The notes beneath the pieces were generated by a model. It searched no databases. It had not been told where the DNA came from and saw only the letters and a program-made list of their open reading frames with translations. The position numbers were made by a program, and so were the translations under genes. This document shows, piece by piece, positions 53,047 through 63,674 of a DNA stretch of 64,000 nucleotides; within the stretch, counting starts at the first letter, position 1; every line of letters begins with the position of its first letter. Source of the stretch: an uncultured Acidimicrobiaceae bacterium (GTDB lineage: Bacteria > Actinomycetota > Acidimicrobiia > Acidimicrobiales > RAAP-2); the NCBI GenBank assembly GCA_963825965.1, contig CAWGUX010000012.1, positions 545,881-609,880 on the forward strand, written 5' to 3'.

Positions 53047-54438
53047 ATGGCGCGCACCTTCTTCATCCGGACCTTCGGGTGCCAGATGAACGAGCACGAC
53101 TCCGAGCGGCTCGCGGGGTTGCTGGTGGCCGACGGCCTGCCGCCGCGGCCTCCATGGAGGACGCCGACGTCGTCGTCCTCAACACCTGCTGCATCCGGGA
53201 GAACGCCGACCAGCGGCTCTACGGCACGCTCGGCCGGCTCAAGGAGCTGGTCGACGCGAAGCCCGGGCTGCAGATCGCCGTCGGCGGCTGCCTGGCGCAG
53301 AAGGACCGGGAGCGCATTCAGGAGAAGGTCGGCTGGGTCGACGTGGTCTTCGGCACGCACAACCTCACCAGCGCGCCGGCCTGCTCGAGCGGGCGCGGAC
53401 CGAGGGCCCGCTCATGGAGATCCTCGACGCGCCGCCGCCCGAGGCGGGCACCAATGCCCTCCTGGGCCCCGGCGCCGTGCGCGAGCTGCCCTATGCGGCG
53501 TGGGTCAACATCCAGACCGGCTGCGACAACTCGTGTGCCTTCTGCATCGTACCCGCCGTGCGCGGCCCCGAGGTGAGCCGGCCCCTCGACGACATCGTGG
53601 CCGAGGTCGAGCTGCTGGCGCGCCGTGGTGTCACCGAGGTCACCTTGTTGGGACAGAACGTCAACTCCTACGGCCGCGACATCACGCGCCGGCGACCGCT
53701 CTTCGCCGAGCTCCTGCGCGCGGTCGGTGCCGTCGAGGGAATCGGGCGCGTCCGTTTCACCAGCCCGCACCCGAAGGACCTACGCCCCGAGACGATTGCG
53801 GCCATGGCGACGACCCCCGAGGTGTGCGAGCAATTGCACCTCCCGCTCCAGTCGGGCAGCGACCGTGTGTTGCGCGCCATGCGCCGTGGCTACACGGGCC
53901 AGCGCTACCTCGAGCGCCTCGCCGCGGCCCGCTGTGCGATCGACGATCTCGGCGGTGACCACCGACATCATCGTGGGTTTCCCCGGCGAGACGGCTGCGG
54001 ACTTCGAGGACACGTTGGCCCTGTGCGCGGAGGTCGGCTTCGACAGTGCCTTCACCTTCATCTTCTCGCCTCGCCCCGGCACCCGGGCGGCGGCCATGGA
54101 GTCCGAGTTCGTTGCGGCCGACGTCATCGCCGAGCGCTTCGACCGCCTCAAGACGGTCATCGACCGCTCGGCCCTGGCTCGGCATCAGGCCCGTGTCGGA
54201 CGCAGCGAGGAGGTGCTCGTCGAAGGGGTGAGCCGGCGCGACCCCGCCATGCTGGCGTCTCGCACGCCGTCAGGGAAAGCTCGTGCACTTTCCCGCTTCG
54301 GGCCCCGGTGGGCCCGCACCCGGCGCGCTGTGCCGGGTGACCGTGACGGCGGGGCACCCGCACCACTTGTCGGGCCGGCTGGAGGAGGTGACGGCGCGGC
54401 CCCGCCATCGGGTGCGTATCCCGGTGGCGGGCGCATGA
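53047..54438 (+). pseudogene. miaB: tRNA-i6A37 methylthiotransferase MiaB, four frame breaks
   Basis: [20 protein letters not shown], then [14 protein letters not shown] (ORF 53079..53576), then the radical SAM motif [16 protein letters not shown] (ORF 53414..54340), then [12 protein letters not shown] (ORF 53625..54617). The TRAM end [10 protein letters not shown]...[15 protein letters not shown] is in another frame. The span of 1392 nt is a multiple of 3. Confidence 0.9.
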
Positions 54439-55348
54439 GCGCGGCTGCCCTCGTCGGCGTCACCGCATCGGGTAAGTCCGAGGCCGCGTTCGAGCTCGCC
54501 TTGCGGCGGGGCGACTGCGACATCGTCTCGGTCGACTCCATGTGCGTGTACCGGGACATGGACATCGGCACCTCCAAGCCGAGCGCGCGGCCCGGGCCGC
54601 CGTGCCCCATCACCTGATCGACCTCGTGGACCCGGACGAGGACTTCACGGTGGCGCAGTTCCAGCACGCGGCAGACGAGGCGTTGCGCACCATCGCGTCC
54701 CGGGGGCGTCACGCGCTGCTGGTCGGCGGCACCGGGCTGTACCTGCGGGCCGTGGTCGACGACCTGGCCATCCCGGGGCGCTACCCCGAGGTAGCTGCCG
54801 CGCTCGAGTCGGAGCTCGAGGAGGGCCGGTGCGAGGTCGCCGACCTCCACGCCGCGCCTGCGCACGCTCGACCCGGTCGCGGCCGGCCGGATGGAGCCGA
54901 CCAACCGCCGGCGCGTGGTGCGTGCGCTCGAGGTGACGGTCGGCTCGGGGCGGCCCTTCTCCGATTCGGGCCGGGGCTCGAGGCCTACCCGGCGTCGGTG
55001 GTCGGTCAGATCGGATTGGCGCGGCCCCCAGACGAGATCGACAGGCGCATCGCAGCGCGCATGGCCGCCATGGTGGACGCGGGTCTCGTCGAGGAGGTCG
55101 CCGCGCTGGCCGCCCGCCCGTGCGGGATCTCACGCACGGCCCGCCAGGCCCTCGGCTACCGCGAGATTCTCGGCCATGTCGAGCACGGGGTGCCCCTGGC
55201 GGACTGCGTGGAGGAGGCGGTCAGGCGCACCCGCCAGTTCGCCCGCCGCCAGGCCTCGTGGTTCCGCCGTGACCCGCGCATCTCCTGGGCGCAGAGCACG
55301 TCCGACGCCCAGGAGCTACTCGAGCGGGCCCTCTCGGTGCACGGCTGA
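54435..55348 (+). pseudogene. miaA: tRNA dimethylallyltransferase MiaA, three frame breaks
   Basis: [13 protein letters not shown] (P-loop)...DIGTSKPS, then [11 protein letters not shown]...LLVGGTGLYLRA (ORF 54542..55348), then MEPTNRRRVVRALEV (ORF 54891..56102), then back to ...RQFARRQASWFRRDPRI. Confidence 0.9.
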
Positions 55349-55374
55349 GCGACGCCGGCTGCGAGAATGGGTCG

Positions 55375-56194
55375 ATGCACGCCACCAAGCACGAGGGTGC
55401 CGGAAACGACTTCCTGGTCGTCCTCGACCCCGACGACGCGGTCCGCCTGACACCCGCCCAGGTGCGCGTGTTGGCCGACCGCCACCGGGGGATCGGGGCC
55501 GACGGGATCATCCGGGTCGGTCCCGGGTGCGACGGGTGCGACCTCTTCATGGAGCTGCACAACGCGGACGGGGGAGCGGCCGAGATGAGCGGCAACGGGA
55601 TCCGCTGCCTGGCCCAGGCCGCCGTCGACGCCGGCCTCGTGACACCGCCCGTCTTCACGGTGGCGACGGCCGGCGGCCCCCGCACGGTCGAGTACGTCCC
55701 GGGCCAGACCGCGGGCGTCGCGACCGCCCAGCGTCGACATGGGTCCGGCACGCCTCGGACCCGAGCACTCCCAGGAGCTCGGCGACCGTCGGGCGCGCAC
55801 GGTCGACGTCGGCAACCCCCACCTCGTGCTCCTGGGGCCCGACACCGCGGGCGTCGACATCGCCGAAGCCGGCCCCAAGCTGCAGGCGGCCTATCCGGGT
55901 GGGATCAACGTCGAGTGGATCACGGTCGTCGACGACGAGGACGGCACGGTGCTCGACTTGCGGGTGTGGGAGCGCGGTGCGGGCGCGACGCTGGCCTGTG
56001 GGACCGGCAGCGTCGCCGCGGCCGCGGCCGCTCGCAGTTGGGACGCCGTGCCGGCCGATGCAGCGGTGCGGGTGCGGAACCCCGGCGGCGTCCTCGAGGT
56101 GACGCTCGGGGCTGATATTGGCGCGACGACGTATCTCGCCGGGCCAGTCCGTAAGGTGGCGGACGTCGACATCGACCCGGGGATGCTCTCTTGA
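55375..56194 (+). pseudogene. dapF: diaminopimelate epimerase, one frame break (about 55730)
   Basis: KHEGAGNDFLVV...EMSGNGIRC is in ORF 55375..56115. VDMGPARL...VDVGNPHLVL...ATLACGTGSVAAA is in ORF 55739..56194. Confidence 0.9.
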
Positions 56195-56199
56195 GCAAT

Positions 56200-56540
56200 C
56201 TCTTGCCTGGTATCCGACACCGAATCGGTGTTCTACGCGTACTCCGTCCCAAACCGAGGCCTCGCTCGCTCGGCTGACCAGGGTGTCAAAGACCCGCTGT
56301 CCGATCCGTCTGTCGCTGTCCGTGGCATGGTCTCGTTGACGTAGGAGGGACGAACTCGGGAGCGTTCTTGAAGTAGGCGCAGGTCTCGCAAATCGACTCC
56401 ATCTTGCAGTCGAGGTCGACCGGGTGGCTGTGGCGAAGCTGGGCGACGGTCTTGATGAGCAAACCCTCGTATCCGTCAGCCTCATATAAGTCAACCTCGT
56501 TGTAGTTTGTCGGGCCGGGGCTCTCGAACTCGAGGCCTTC
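56200..56540 (-). mobile_element. decayed C-terminal remnant of a tyrosine recombinase/integrase (no catalytic domain left)
   Basis: The minus-strand frame after a stop at 56541-56543 reads ...GLLIKTVAQLRHSHPVDLDCKMESICETCAYFKNAPEFVPP. This resembles the C..ICE.C..F....PEF.P tail I remember from actinobacterial trio-type integrases. A further piece, ASVWDGVRVEHRF, is in another frame. There is no start codon. The family assignment is from memory only. Confidence 0.45.
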
Positions 56541-56761
56541 TCACTTGACGCTGGCGTTGGGAGCCCTGTTCACACTGAAACACACACACCGAAAACCGCG
56601 TTTTCAGACGCACAACTCGTTTCAAGAAAGCCCTTGCGAGGCAACGAGGTATTCCATAGGGTGTGGGGAGGCGGTCCTGTTCCTTTTGAAGCAGGACAAA
56701 GAGGCAACGAGCTATTTCCATTGCATCTCAGCAGGCGGTCCCATTTGAGAGGGGCGTACTC

Positions 56762-58294
56762 ATGCGACTGGGAACAATACGACGCACTGGGTCATCTTCT
56801 TTGATCGTGATCGGAGTCTTTTCGGCCATTCTCGGGGTTGGTGCGGGGGTCGGCTCCGCGAATTCACCGGTCAAGAATTACACCGATCCCAGTATCGACG
56901 TTCCTTCGGGAATCGCGTCCGGATCTGATGGAGCGTTGTGGTTCACGAACTCGGGAAATAGTTCAATTCGACGGATCACGACGTCAGGGGCCGTCTCCAA
57001 CTACGCAGATGCAACCATCAATGATCCGACCGGCATCACGTCTGGAGCAGATGGCGCCCTCTGGTTCACGAACTCCGGAAATAGCTCAATCGGACGGATC
57101 ACAACCGCCGGCGCCGTGTCGAACTATACCGATCCAAGTATCAGCGACCCAATAGACATTGCAGCGGGGTCCGACGGTGCGCTGTGGTTCGTGAACAAAG
57201 GAAACAACTCCATCGGTCGAATCACCACATCCGGTGCAGTGACCAACTACAGCGATCCAAGTATCTCGTCACCACTTTCCATCACTCCTGGTCCCGATGG
57301 GGCGCTCTGGTTTACGAACCACGGCAACAACTCCATCGGGCGCGTCACTACGTCCGGCGTGGTGTCGAACTTCACAGATCCGACGATCTCAGGCCCATAT
57401 GGAATTGCGGCGGGACCGGACGGAGCGTTGTGGTTCACGAACGCCGGAAGTAGCAATTCGATCGGACGGATTACCACGACCGGAACTGTTACTAATTTCA
57501 CTGACCGTACGATTGACGTTCCTGGAGCCATCACGGCAGGGTCAGATGGAGCTCTTTGGTATGCGAATTGTTTTGATTCATGCAGTTCGATCGGTCGGAT
57601 TACAACGAGTGGCTCGGTGTCGAATATTTCCGACCCGACTATCAGTTCGCCGGGGATTGTGACATCGGGTCCTGACGGAAACATATGGTTCGCGAATTTT
57701 GGAAACAGCTCGATTGGCGAGGTCACGGTCGGTGTTCCATACGTGGAAGTGAATCCTTCTGCAGGCCAAGCAAAAGAAATGATCGCTTTGAGCGGCGGCG
57801 GATTTGCGGTGGGCGAGACTGTCAAAGTCACGTGGAAGACAGGACTTTCGTCGCCAGCGACGGACGTGCTTTGCTCCACCGTCGCAAATGGCGGAGGGAC
57901 CTTCTCCTGCAATGCGTTGGTTCCCAAGAGCGCAGATGCTGGTGCCTTAGGGTCCCACAAGATAGTGGCGAAGGGTTCGACCTCTCACGTGAAGGCGACC
58001 GCGACGTTCGTGCTCCAAAAGGCGATCGTGAAGGCCGGAAGCACATGGACCCTTAGCAGTGGCGGACCCTGCGAGGTTCAGACGTTTTCAAGTGGCGGAC
58101 AGTGGAGCGCCGATCTTTTTGGAGACAAGGGGACCTTCCTCGGTGGCGGGACGACGATTTCAGAGAACTTCACTGCAGGAACCCACATGGGGGGGACCTG
58201 GACCGGTACGTACCAAGCGAATGGGACTTTTGTGGGCTCGAGCAACTTCGCGGGAACTCTGACATTGTCACCAGGAGCGCAGGCAGGCTGCTGA
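56762..58294 (+). CDS. secreted Vgb-like (virginiamycin B lyase family) seven-bladed beta-propeller repeat protein with an extra ~190-aa C-terminal region
   Basis: Intact 510 aa. The signal peptide is MRLGTIRRTGSSSLIVIGVFSAILGVGAGVGSANS. There are seven units of DPxIxxPxGIxxGxDGALWFTNxGNNSIGRITTxGxVxN. Codon usage and GC are clearly lower than in the flanking genes. Confidence 0.75.
   Translation: MRLGTIRRTGSSSLIVIGVFSAILGVGAGVGSANSPVKNYTDPSIDVPSGIASGSDGALWFTNSGNSSIRRITTSGAVSNYADATINDPTGITSGADGALWFTNSGNSSIGRITTAGAVSNYTDPSISDPIDIAAGSDGALWFVNKGNNSIGRITTSGAVTNYSDPSISSPLSITPGPDGALWFTNHGNNSIGRVTTSGVVSNFTDPTISGPYGIAAGPDGALWFTNAGSSNSIGRITTTGTVTNFTDRTIDVPGAITAGSDGALWYANCFDSCSSIGRITTSGSVSNISDPTISSPGIVTSGPDGNIWFANFGNSSIGEVTVGVPYVEVNPSAGQAKEMIALSGGGFAVGETVKVTWKTGLSSPATDVLCSTVANGGGTFSCNALVPKSADAGALGSHKIVAKGSTSHVKATATFVLQKAIVKAGSTWTLSSGGPCEVQTFSSGGQWSADLFGDKGTFLGGGTTISENFTAGTHMGGTWTGTYQANGTFVGSSNFAGTLTLSPGAQAGC
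56873..57737. repeat. approximately 126-bp in-frame tandem coding repeats (7 units, diverged)
   Basis: The periodicity of the protein repeat is seen directly in the translation. Confidence 0.8.
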
Positions 58295-58472
58295 GGCGGA
58301 GAAGAGCGAGGTCGAGGGCACGAACGGAGCTGGTGAGATTGGCTCGTTGATACGCCTCTGGACGGCTGCTGCTCAGGATGCACCATTGCGATCCCGGGCT
58401 TGGGAAGGTCGGACGAATCTGCCATAGCGTTCAAATGGTCTCGTGACGTCGTCGTTGCACCTGTATTCCGAC

Positions 58473-58502
58473 GCCCGCCACAACCCCTCGGTTGTGGCGG
58501 GC
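58473..58502 (+). terminator. 13-bp perfect hairpin GCCCGCCACAACC cctc GGTTGTGGCGGGC with no T-tail
   Basis: Read directly from the sequence. It lies about 180 nt after the Vgb-like gene stop. It may be a terminator or simply an island-border structure. Confidence 0.3.
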
Positions 58503-58718
58503 CAGCAATCGGCTCGAGCTGTCGTCTGCGACCGACAGGATCGGAATTCGGATCTGGTATGGCCCGACAGCCAAGAAAGCGGATGCGGTTCTGGCGGTTC
58601 GTCCGATCGCTCGAAGGGAACATGACGTGTGACCGATCTGCGGACAGGCCCACCGGGCGGTGTGGGACAGGCAGGAACTAAGGCCCGTACGCTGGTGGAC
58701 TGTGAGGTCTCAAGCGTC

Positions 58719-60021
58719 ATGGGTAATGGAGTGAGCAGATATACAGACTTGCCGGGCACGCTCATTGAGCGCACCTTCCGGGAGCGCATCATCCTGGTGG
58801 GTGTGATCTTTCCGGGGCTCACCGCGGAGCTGGTGGACGAGGAGCTTGATGAGCTGGCGCTGCTCGTCGACAGCGCGGGCGCTGACGTCGTTGGCCGCGT
58901 GGTGCAGCGACGTGACGCGCCGGATCCGGCCACGTTCGTCGGGCGGGGCAAGGCGGAGGAGATCGCCGCGCTGAGCCGCAGCCTCGACGCCGACACCGTG
59001 GTCTTCGACGACGAGCTGACCCCGGCGCAGCACCGCAACCTCGAGAAGCTGTTCGGGCGCACGGCCATCGACCGCACCGCGGTCATCCTCGACATCTTCG
59101 CCCAGAACGCACGGAGCCCGGAAGGCAAGGCGCAGGTGGAGCTCGCGCTGCTGCGCTACCGGCTGCCGCGTCTGCGCGGCCGGGGCACGTCGCTCAGCCA
59201 GCAGGCAGGCGGCATCGGGACCCGCGGACCCGGCGAGACGCAGCTCGAGGTGGACCGGCGACGCCTCGTGCGCCGGATGCACAAGCTCGAGGACGAGCTG
59301 CGTGATGTCGAGCGCACGCGCTCGCTCCAGCGGCGCAGCCGGGCTCGGGGCCGCCACCGCGAGCTGGCACTGGTCGGCTACACGAACGCCGGCAAGTCGA
59401 CGCTGCTCAACCAGCTGACCGACGCGGGGGTGCCGGCCGAGAACCGTCTCTTTGTCACCCTCGACCCGCGCACCCGCCAGCTCTCACTCCCCGGCGGCGA
59501 GACCGTGCTCGTCACCGACACCGTCGGCTTCGTGCGCAAGCTGCCGCACGAACTGGTCGAGGCGTTCCGCTCCACGCTGGACTCGGTGCGGCTGGCCGAT
59601 CTGGTCGTCCACGTGGTCGACGGCACGGCGGTGAATGCGGAGGCGCAGATGCAGGCGGTGCACGAAGTGCTGGGTGAGATCGGCGCGGCCGGGGTCCCCG
59701 AGCTCGTGGTGGTGAACAAGGCCGACCAGCGCGCCAGAGGAGGCCAAGGCGCTCGCCCGGCGCATTCCCGGCGCCGTGCTCGTCTCGGCGCGCACCGGCG
59801 AGGGGATCGAGGACTTGTTGCGCGTCGTGGGAGACCGCCTGCGCGGCTCGGACCGGGTGGTGCAGCTGGTCGTGCCCTGGTCGCGCGGTGACGTGCTGGC
59901 GGCCGTCCACCGCGAGGGCGAGGTCGTGGGCCAGCGCGACGGCGACGAGGCGGCGACGCTCGAGGTCGTGCTCGACGAGGTGGGCCGTGCCCGCTTCGCC
60001 GAGTTCGTGGCGGCGCCGTGA
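58719..60021 (+). pseudogene. hflX: GTPase HflX, one frame break (about 59735)
   Basis: RERIILVGV...GPGETQLEVDRR...LVGYTNAGKSTLLN...DTVGF...VVNKADQ is in ORF 58629..59891. PEEAKALARRIPGAVLVSARTGEGIEDL is in ORF 59776..60021. The start is assumed to be ATG at 58719. Confidence 0.9.
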
Positions 60022-61159
60022 CGTTCCGGCTGCCGCCGTATCCCTACGACCGTCTCGACGGCCTGGCCAAGCTGGCCGCCGCTTTACCCGGCGGCATGGT
60101 CGACTGCTCCATCGGCACGCCGTGCGACCCACCCTTGCCCGCCGTGGTCGAGGCTCTGGCGGCGTCGGGCACTGAGCGCGGGTACCCCGCATCGGCGGGT
60201 AGCCCACAGCTGCGCGAGGCTGCGGCAGCCTGGCTGGTCCGGCGTTTCGGGCTCGACGAGGTCGCCCGTGTCCGCCGTCGCCGCGTGCGTGGGCACCAAG
60301 GAGCTCGTCGCGTCGGTCCCGCACCTGCTGCGACTGCGCGACACCGGCGAAGGACACCGTGCTGTACCCCGCGGTGTCCTATCCGACGCTACGCCATGGG
60401 CGCAGACCTGGCCGGCTGTCGGGCGGTCGGCCGTCCCGGCCCCTCCGGGCCGGCTCGGTGGGCTCGACCTCGGCGCGATCGACGACGCGGACGCGGCGCG
60501 TGCCCTCGTGCTGTGGTCGAACTCGCCGTCGAACCCGACGGGGGGCCTCGGTGACCTCGGCGCGGAGGCAGCGTGGGGCAGGGCGCACGGGGTGCCGGTG
60601 TTCTCCGACGAGTGCTACGCCGAGTTCACCTGGGACGGCGCCGCCGCGCTCGGTGCTCCAGCACGGCGCCGACGGCGTGGTGGCCGTGCATTCGTTGTCC
60701 AAGCGCTCGAACCTCGCCGGGGTCCGGGTGGGGTTCTACGCGGGGGACCCCGAGCTGGTGGAGTTCCTGCGGCGCGGTGCGCCAGCACGCGGGCCTGATG
60801 GTCCCGGGCCCCGCCCAGGCCGCGGGGGTGGCCGCGCTGGCCGACGACGCCCACGTCGACGCGCAGCGAGCGCGCGCTATCGCGAACGGCTCGCCTTTCT
60901 CGCCGGCGTGCTCGAGGCCTACGGCTGCCCCGTTATGCCGCCCGAGGGCGGCTTCTACCTCTGGGTCCCGGTCCCCGCCGGACGTTGGGCCGACGCGTGG
61001 GCGATGGCGGAGTCGTTGGCCACCGACGGCGGTCTGCTTGTGAGCCCGGGCGACCTCTACGGCGACGCCGGCGGCGGTCACGTGCGGGTCGCGCTGGTCC
61101 AGCCGATGGAGCGTCTGGCGCTGGTGGCTGAGCGTCTCGCTAGGGTGAGCCATGGCTGA
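60018..61159 (+). pseudogene. dapC: class-I aminotransferase, probable N-succinyldiaminopimelate aminotransferase; about seven frame breaks
   Basis: FRLPPYPYDRLDGL...CSIGTPCDPP...GYPASAGS (ORF 60018..60554). CVGTKELV, then WSNSPSNPTG...VFSDECYAEF (60268..60798), then VAVHSLSKRSNLAGVRVGFYAG (60359..61159), then VRQHAGLMVPGPAQAA (60573..61043), then the tail in 60359..61159. Confidence 0.8.
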
Positions 61160-61980
61160 TCTGCAGGCGAGCATCGAAGAGCTCTGGGAGCGACGAGACG
61201 AGCTCTCACCCGCGGACAAGGACGCCGCGACGTTGGTGGAGGAGGCCATCGAGCTCCTCGACACGGGCCAGGCCAGGGTGGCCGAGGTCGATCCCTCGAC
61301 TGACGAGGTCGTCGTGCACGAGTGGCTCAAGAAGTCGATCCTCATGCTGTTCTCACTGCGCGGGATGGAGACCATTGAGGCCGGGCCCTTCGAGTACGCC
61401 GACAAGTTGCCGCTCAAGCACGGCTTCGCCGAGGCCGGCGTGCGCGCGCTGCCCGGCGCCTCCGCCCGGTGGGGGTCCTTCCTCGGGCGCGGCGTGGTGC
61501 TCATGCCCTCGTACGTGAACATCGGCGCCTGGGTCGGAGCCGGCTCCATGGTCGACACCTGGGCCACCGTCGCCTCGTGCGGCCAGATCGGCGAACGGGT
61601 GCACCTGGCGGGCGGCGTGGGCATCGGCGGCGTGCTCGAACCTCCGAACGCGGTGCCCGTCGTCGTCGAGGACGACGCGTTCGTGGGCAGCCGCTGCATG
61701 GTCACCGGCGGCGCCCGGATCGGCAAGGGGCGCGGTCCTCGGTGCCGGCAGCTTCCTCGACCCGTCCATTCCCGTCTTCGACGCCGAGACGGGCGAAGAG
61801 ATCTCCCGGGGCGTGGTCCCACCGTGGTGCGTGGCCATCCGGGCCAGTCGCCGTCGCGAGTACCCGGGCGGCGAGTTCTTCGTTCCCTGCGTCCTGGTGA
61901 TCAAGCGCCTGACCGAGGGCGAGCGCCACGACAAGGCGCAGCTGAACCAGGTCCTGCGCGAGCACGGCGCCAGTACCTGA
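61152..61980 (+). pseudogene. dapD: 2,3,4,5-tetrahydropyridine-2,6-dicarboxylate N-succinyltransferase, one frame break (about 61732)
   Basis: The hexapeptide-repeat body ...SYVNIGAWVGAGSMVDTWATVASCGQIGERVHLAGGVGIGGVLEP...SRCMVTGGARIGKG continues in another frame as AVLGAGSFLDPSIPVFDAETGEEI...VLVIKRL. The stop is at 61978-61980. Confidence 0.9.
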
Positions 61981-61984
61981 GCTG

Positions 61985-63045
61985 ATGGGTGATCTCCTGA
62001 CGGCCACCAGGGACCTGATGGCCGTCCCTTCGCTCAGCCGGGACGAGGCGGCGCTCGCCGACCACGTCGAGGCGGCCCTGCGTGCGTGCCCGTGGCTCGA
62101 GGTCAGCCGCATCGGGGACAACGTCGTGGCCCGCACCGATCAGGCTCTGGCGCAGCGGCTCGTCATGGCGGGCCACCTCGATACGGTGCCGCCGGGCACG
62201 AACGGGTCGCCTCGGATGGAGGGTGACACCGTGTGGGGTGTCGGCGCGTCGGACATGAAGGGCGGCCTGGCGGTGATGCTCGACGTGGCCACCACGGTGC
62301 GCGTGCCTGCGGTCGACGTCACGTGGTGCTTCTACGCGCGGAGGAGATCGGCCGCGATGAGAGCGGCCTGCTCGAGCTGTGGCAGCAGCGGCCCGATCTG
62401 CTCGACGGGGACGCCGCGGTGCTGGGCGAGCCGACGAACGCGCTCGTCGAGGCCGGGTGTCAGGGCACGATGCGCGTCCGTCTGACCTTGCTCGGCGTCC
62501 GCGCGCACACCGCGCGGCCGTTCACCGGTCGCAACGCCATTCATCGCATGGCCCCCGTGCTCGCGGCGGTGGCGGCCTGGCCGGGCCGCGAGGTCGTTCT
62601 CGACGGCTGCACCTACGCCGAGCAGCTCCAGGTGGTGGCCATCGACGGCGGTGTGGCCGCCAACGTCGTGCCCGACCGGGCCTCGGTGACCCTGAACCAC
62701 CGCTATGCGCCCGATCGTCGGAAGGCAGAGGCGGAGGCATTCCTCCACGAGCTCCTCGACCCCCTGCTCGAGCTCGACGCGGGCGACACCTGGGAGCTCC
62801 TCGACGCCGGCGACGGCGCGCCGCCCTCCCTCGGCCATCCATTGTTGAAGACGTTGGTCGAGCGCACCGGCGCCGCGCCCAAGGCCAAAGTCGGCTGGAC
62901 CGACGTCGCGTCGTTCTGGGAGCACGGGGTGCCCGCGGCCAACTTCGGGCCCGGCGACCCGCTCCTGGCACACCATCCCGACGAGCGAGTGACGGCGGCC
63001 GCGTTGGAGCAGGCCCGCGCCGTGCTCCTCGCCGTCATCGGCTGA
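61985..63045 (+). pseudogene. dapE: succinyl-diaminopimelate desuccinylase (M20 peptidase), one frame break (about 62338, one base missing in gcgcg)
   Basis: MAGHLDTVPP...GASDMKGGLAVML is in ORF 61985..62485. EEIGRDESGL...LGEPT...GPGDPLLAHHPDERV is in ORF 62233..63045. Confidence 0.9.
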
Positions 63046-63140
63046 CCCGGCCCGCCGGCAGGCCCCCCGGCTTTCGTCACGGCCGGGGAGCGGCGGACCA
63101 AGGGAAGCGACGCGAAGGGGTTACGGCGTAGGGTGCGGGC

Positions 63141-63611
63141 ATGGCCCAACTCCGTCACCAAGGTTCGATCGTCATCGGCCGCACACCGGGCGAGCTCTTC
63201 GATCTTGTGTCCGACGTCACGCGCATGGGGGAGTGGAGCCCGGTGTGCAAGGAGTGCTGGTGGGCCGAGGGCGACGGACCGCGGCTCGGGGCGCGCTTCA
63301 CCGGCCGCAACGAGCTCCCCGAGCGGACCTGGGAGACCACGTCGGAGGTGGTGGCGTCCGAACCCGGACGCGAGTTTGCGTGGGTCGTGGCCGAACCCCC
63401 GACGCGTGCCCGATGGGGCTACCTGTTCGAGGCCGTCGACGGAGGCACGAAGGTGACCGAGGCCTGGGAGCTCCCGCCCGACGGGGTCGCGTTCTTCGAG
63501 AACGTCTTCGGCGACGACGCGGAGGCACAGATCGCCACGCGCAGCGATGCTGCCGAGAGGGGTATCGCGGCGACACTGGCCGCCATCAAGGAGAGCGCCG
63601 AATCGGGGTGA
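63141..63611 (+). CDS. SRPBCC (START/polyketide-cyclase-like) family protein
   Basis: Intact 156 aa. ...VSDVTRMGEWSPVCKECWW...TWETTSEVVASEPGREFAW... is typical of the fold family. Confidence 0.7.
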   Translation: MAQLRHQGSIVIGRTPGELFDLVSDVTRMGEWSPVCKECWWAEGDGPRLGARFTGRNELPERTWETTSEVVASEPGREFAWVVAEPPTRARWGYLFEAVDGGTKVTEAWELPPDGVAFFENVFGDDAEAQIATRSDAAERGIAATLAAIKESAESG

Positions 63612-63674
63612 GGGCCGGCAATCGGAGTCGCGACGCTGTTTACGCCGCGGCGAGACGTGACACCGCGGCGCGTC

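Noticed and set aside
56195-58718. A tRNA/att-site integration signature for the island
   Set aside because: I found no tRNA-like sequence and no flanking direct repeats by eye. I therefore do not claim an integration mechanism, only the compositional and synteny break.
63419-63674. The 3' part of minus-strand ORF 63419..63931 overlapping the SRPBCC gene
   Set aside because: It would give a convergent overlap of about 190 nt antisense to a well-formed CDS. The translation there (SLMAASVAAIPLSAASLRVAICASASSP...) looks like a shadow frame. The real stop is probably near 63675 and may be displaced by an indel.
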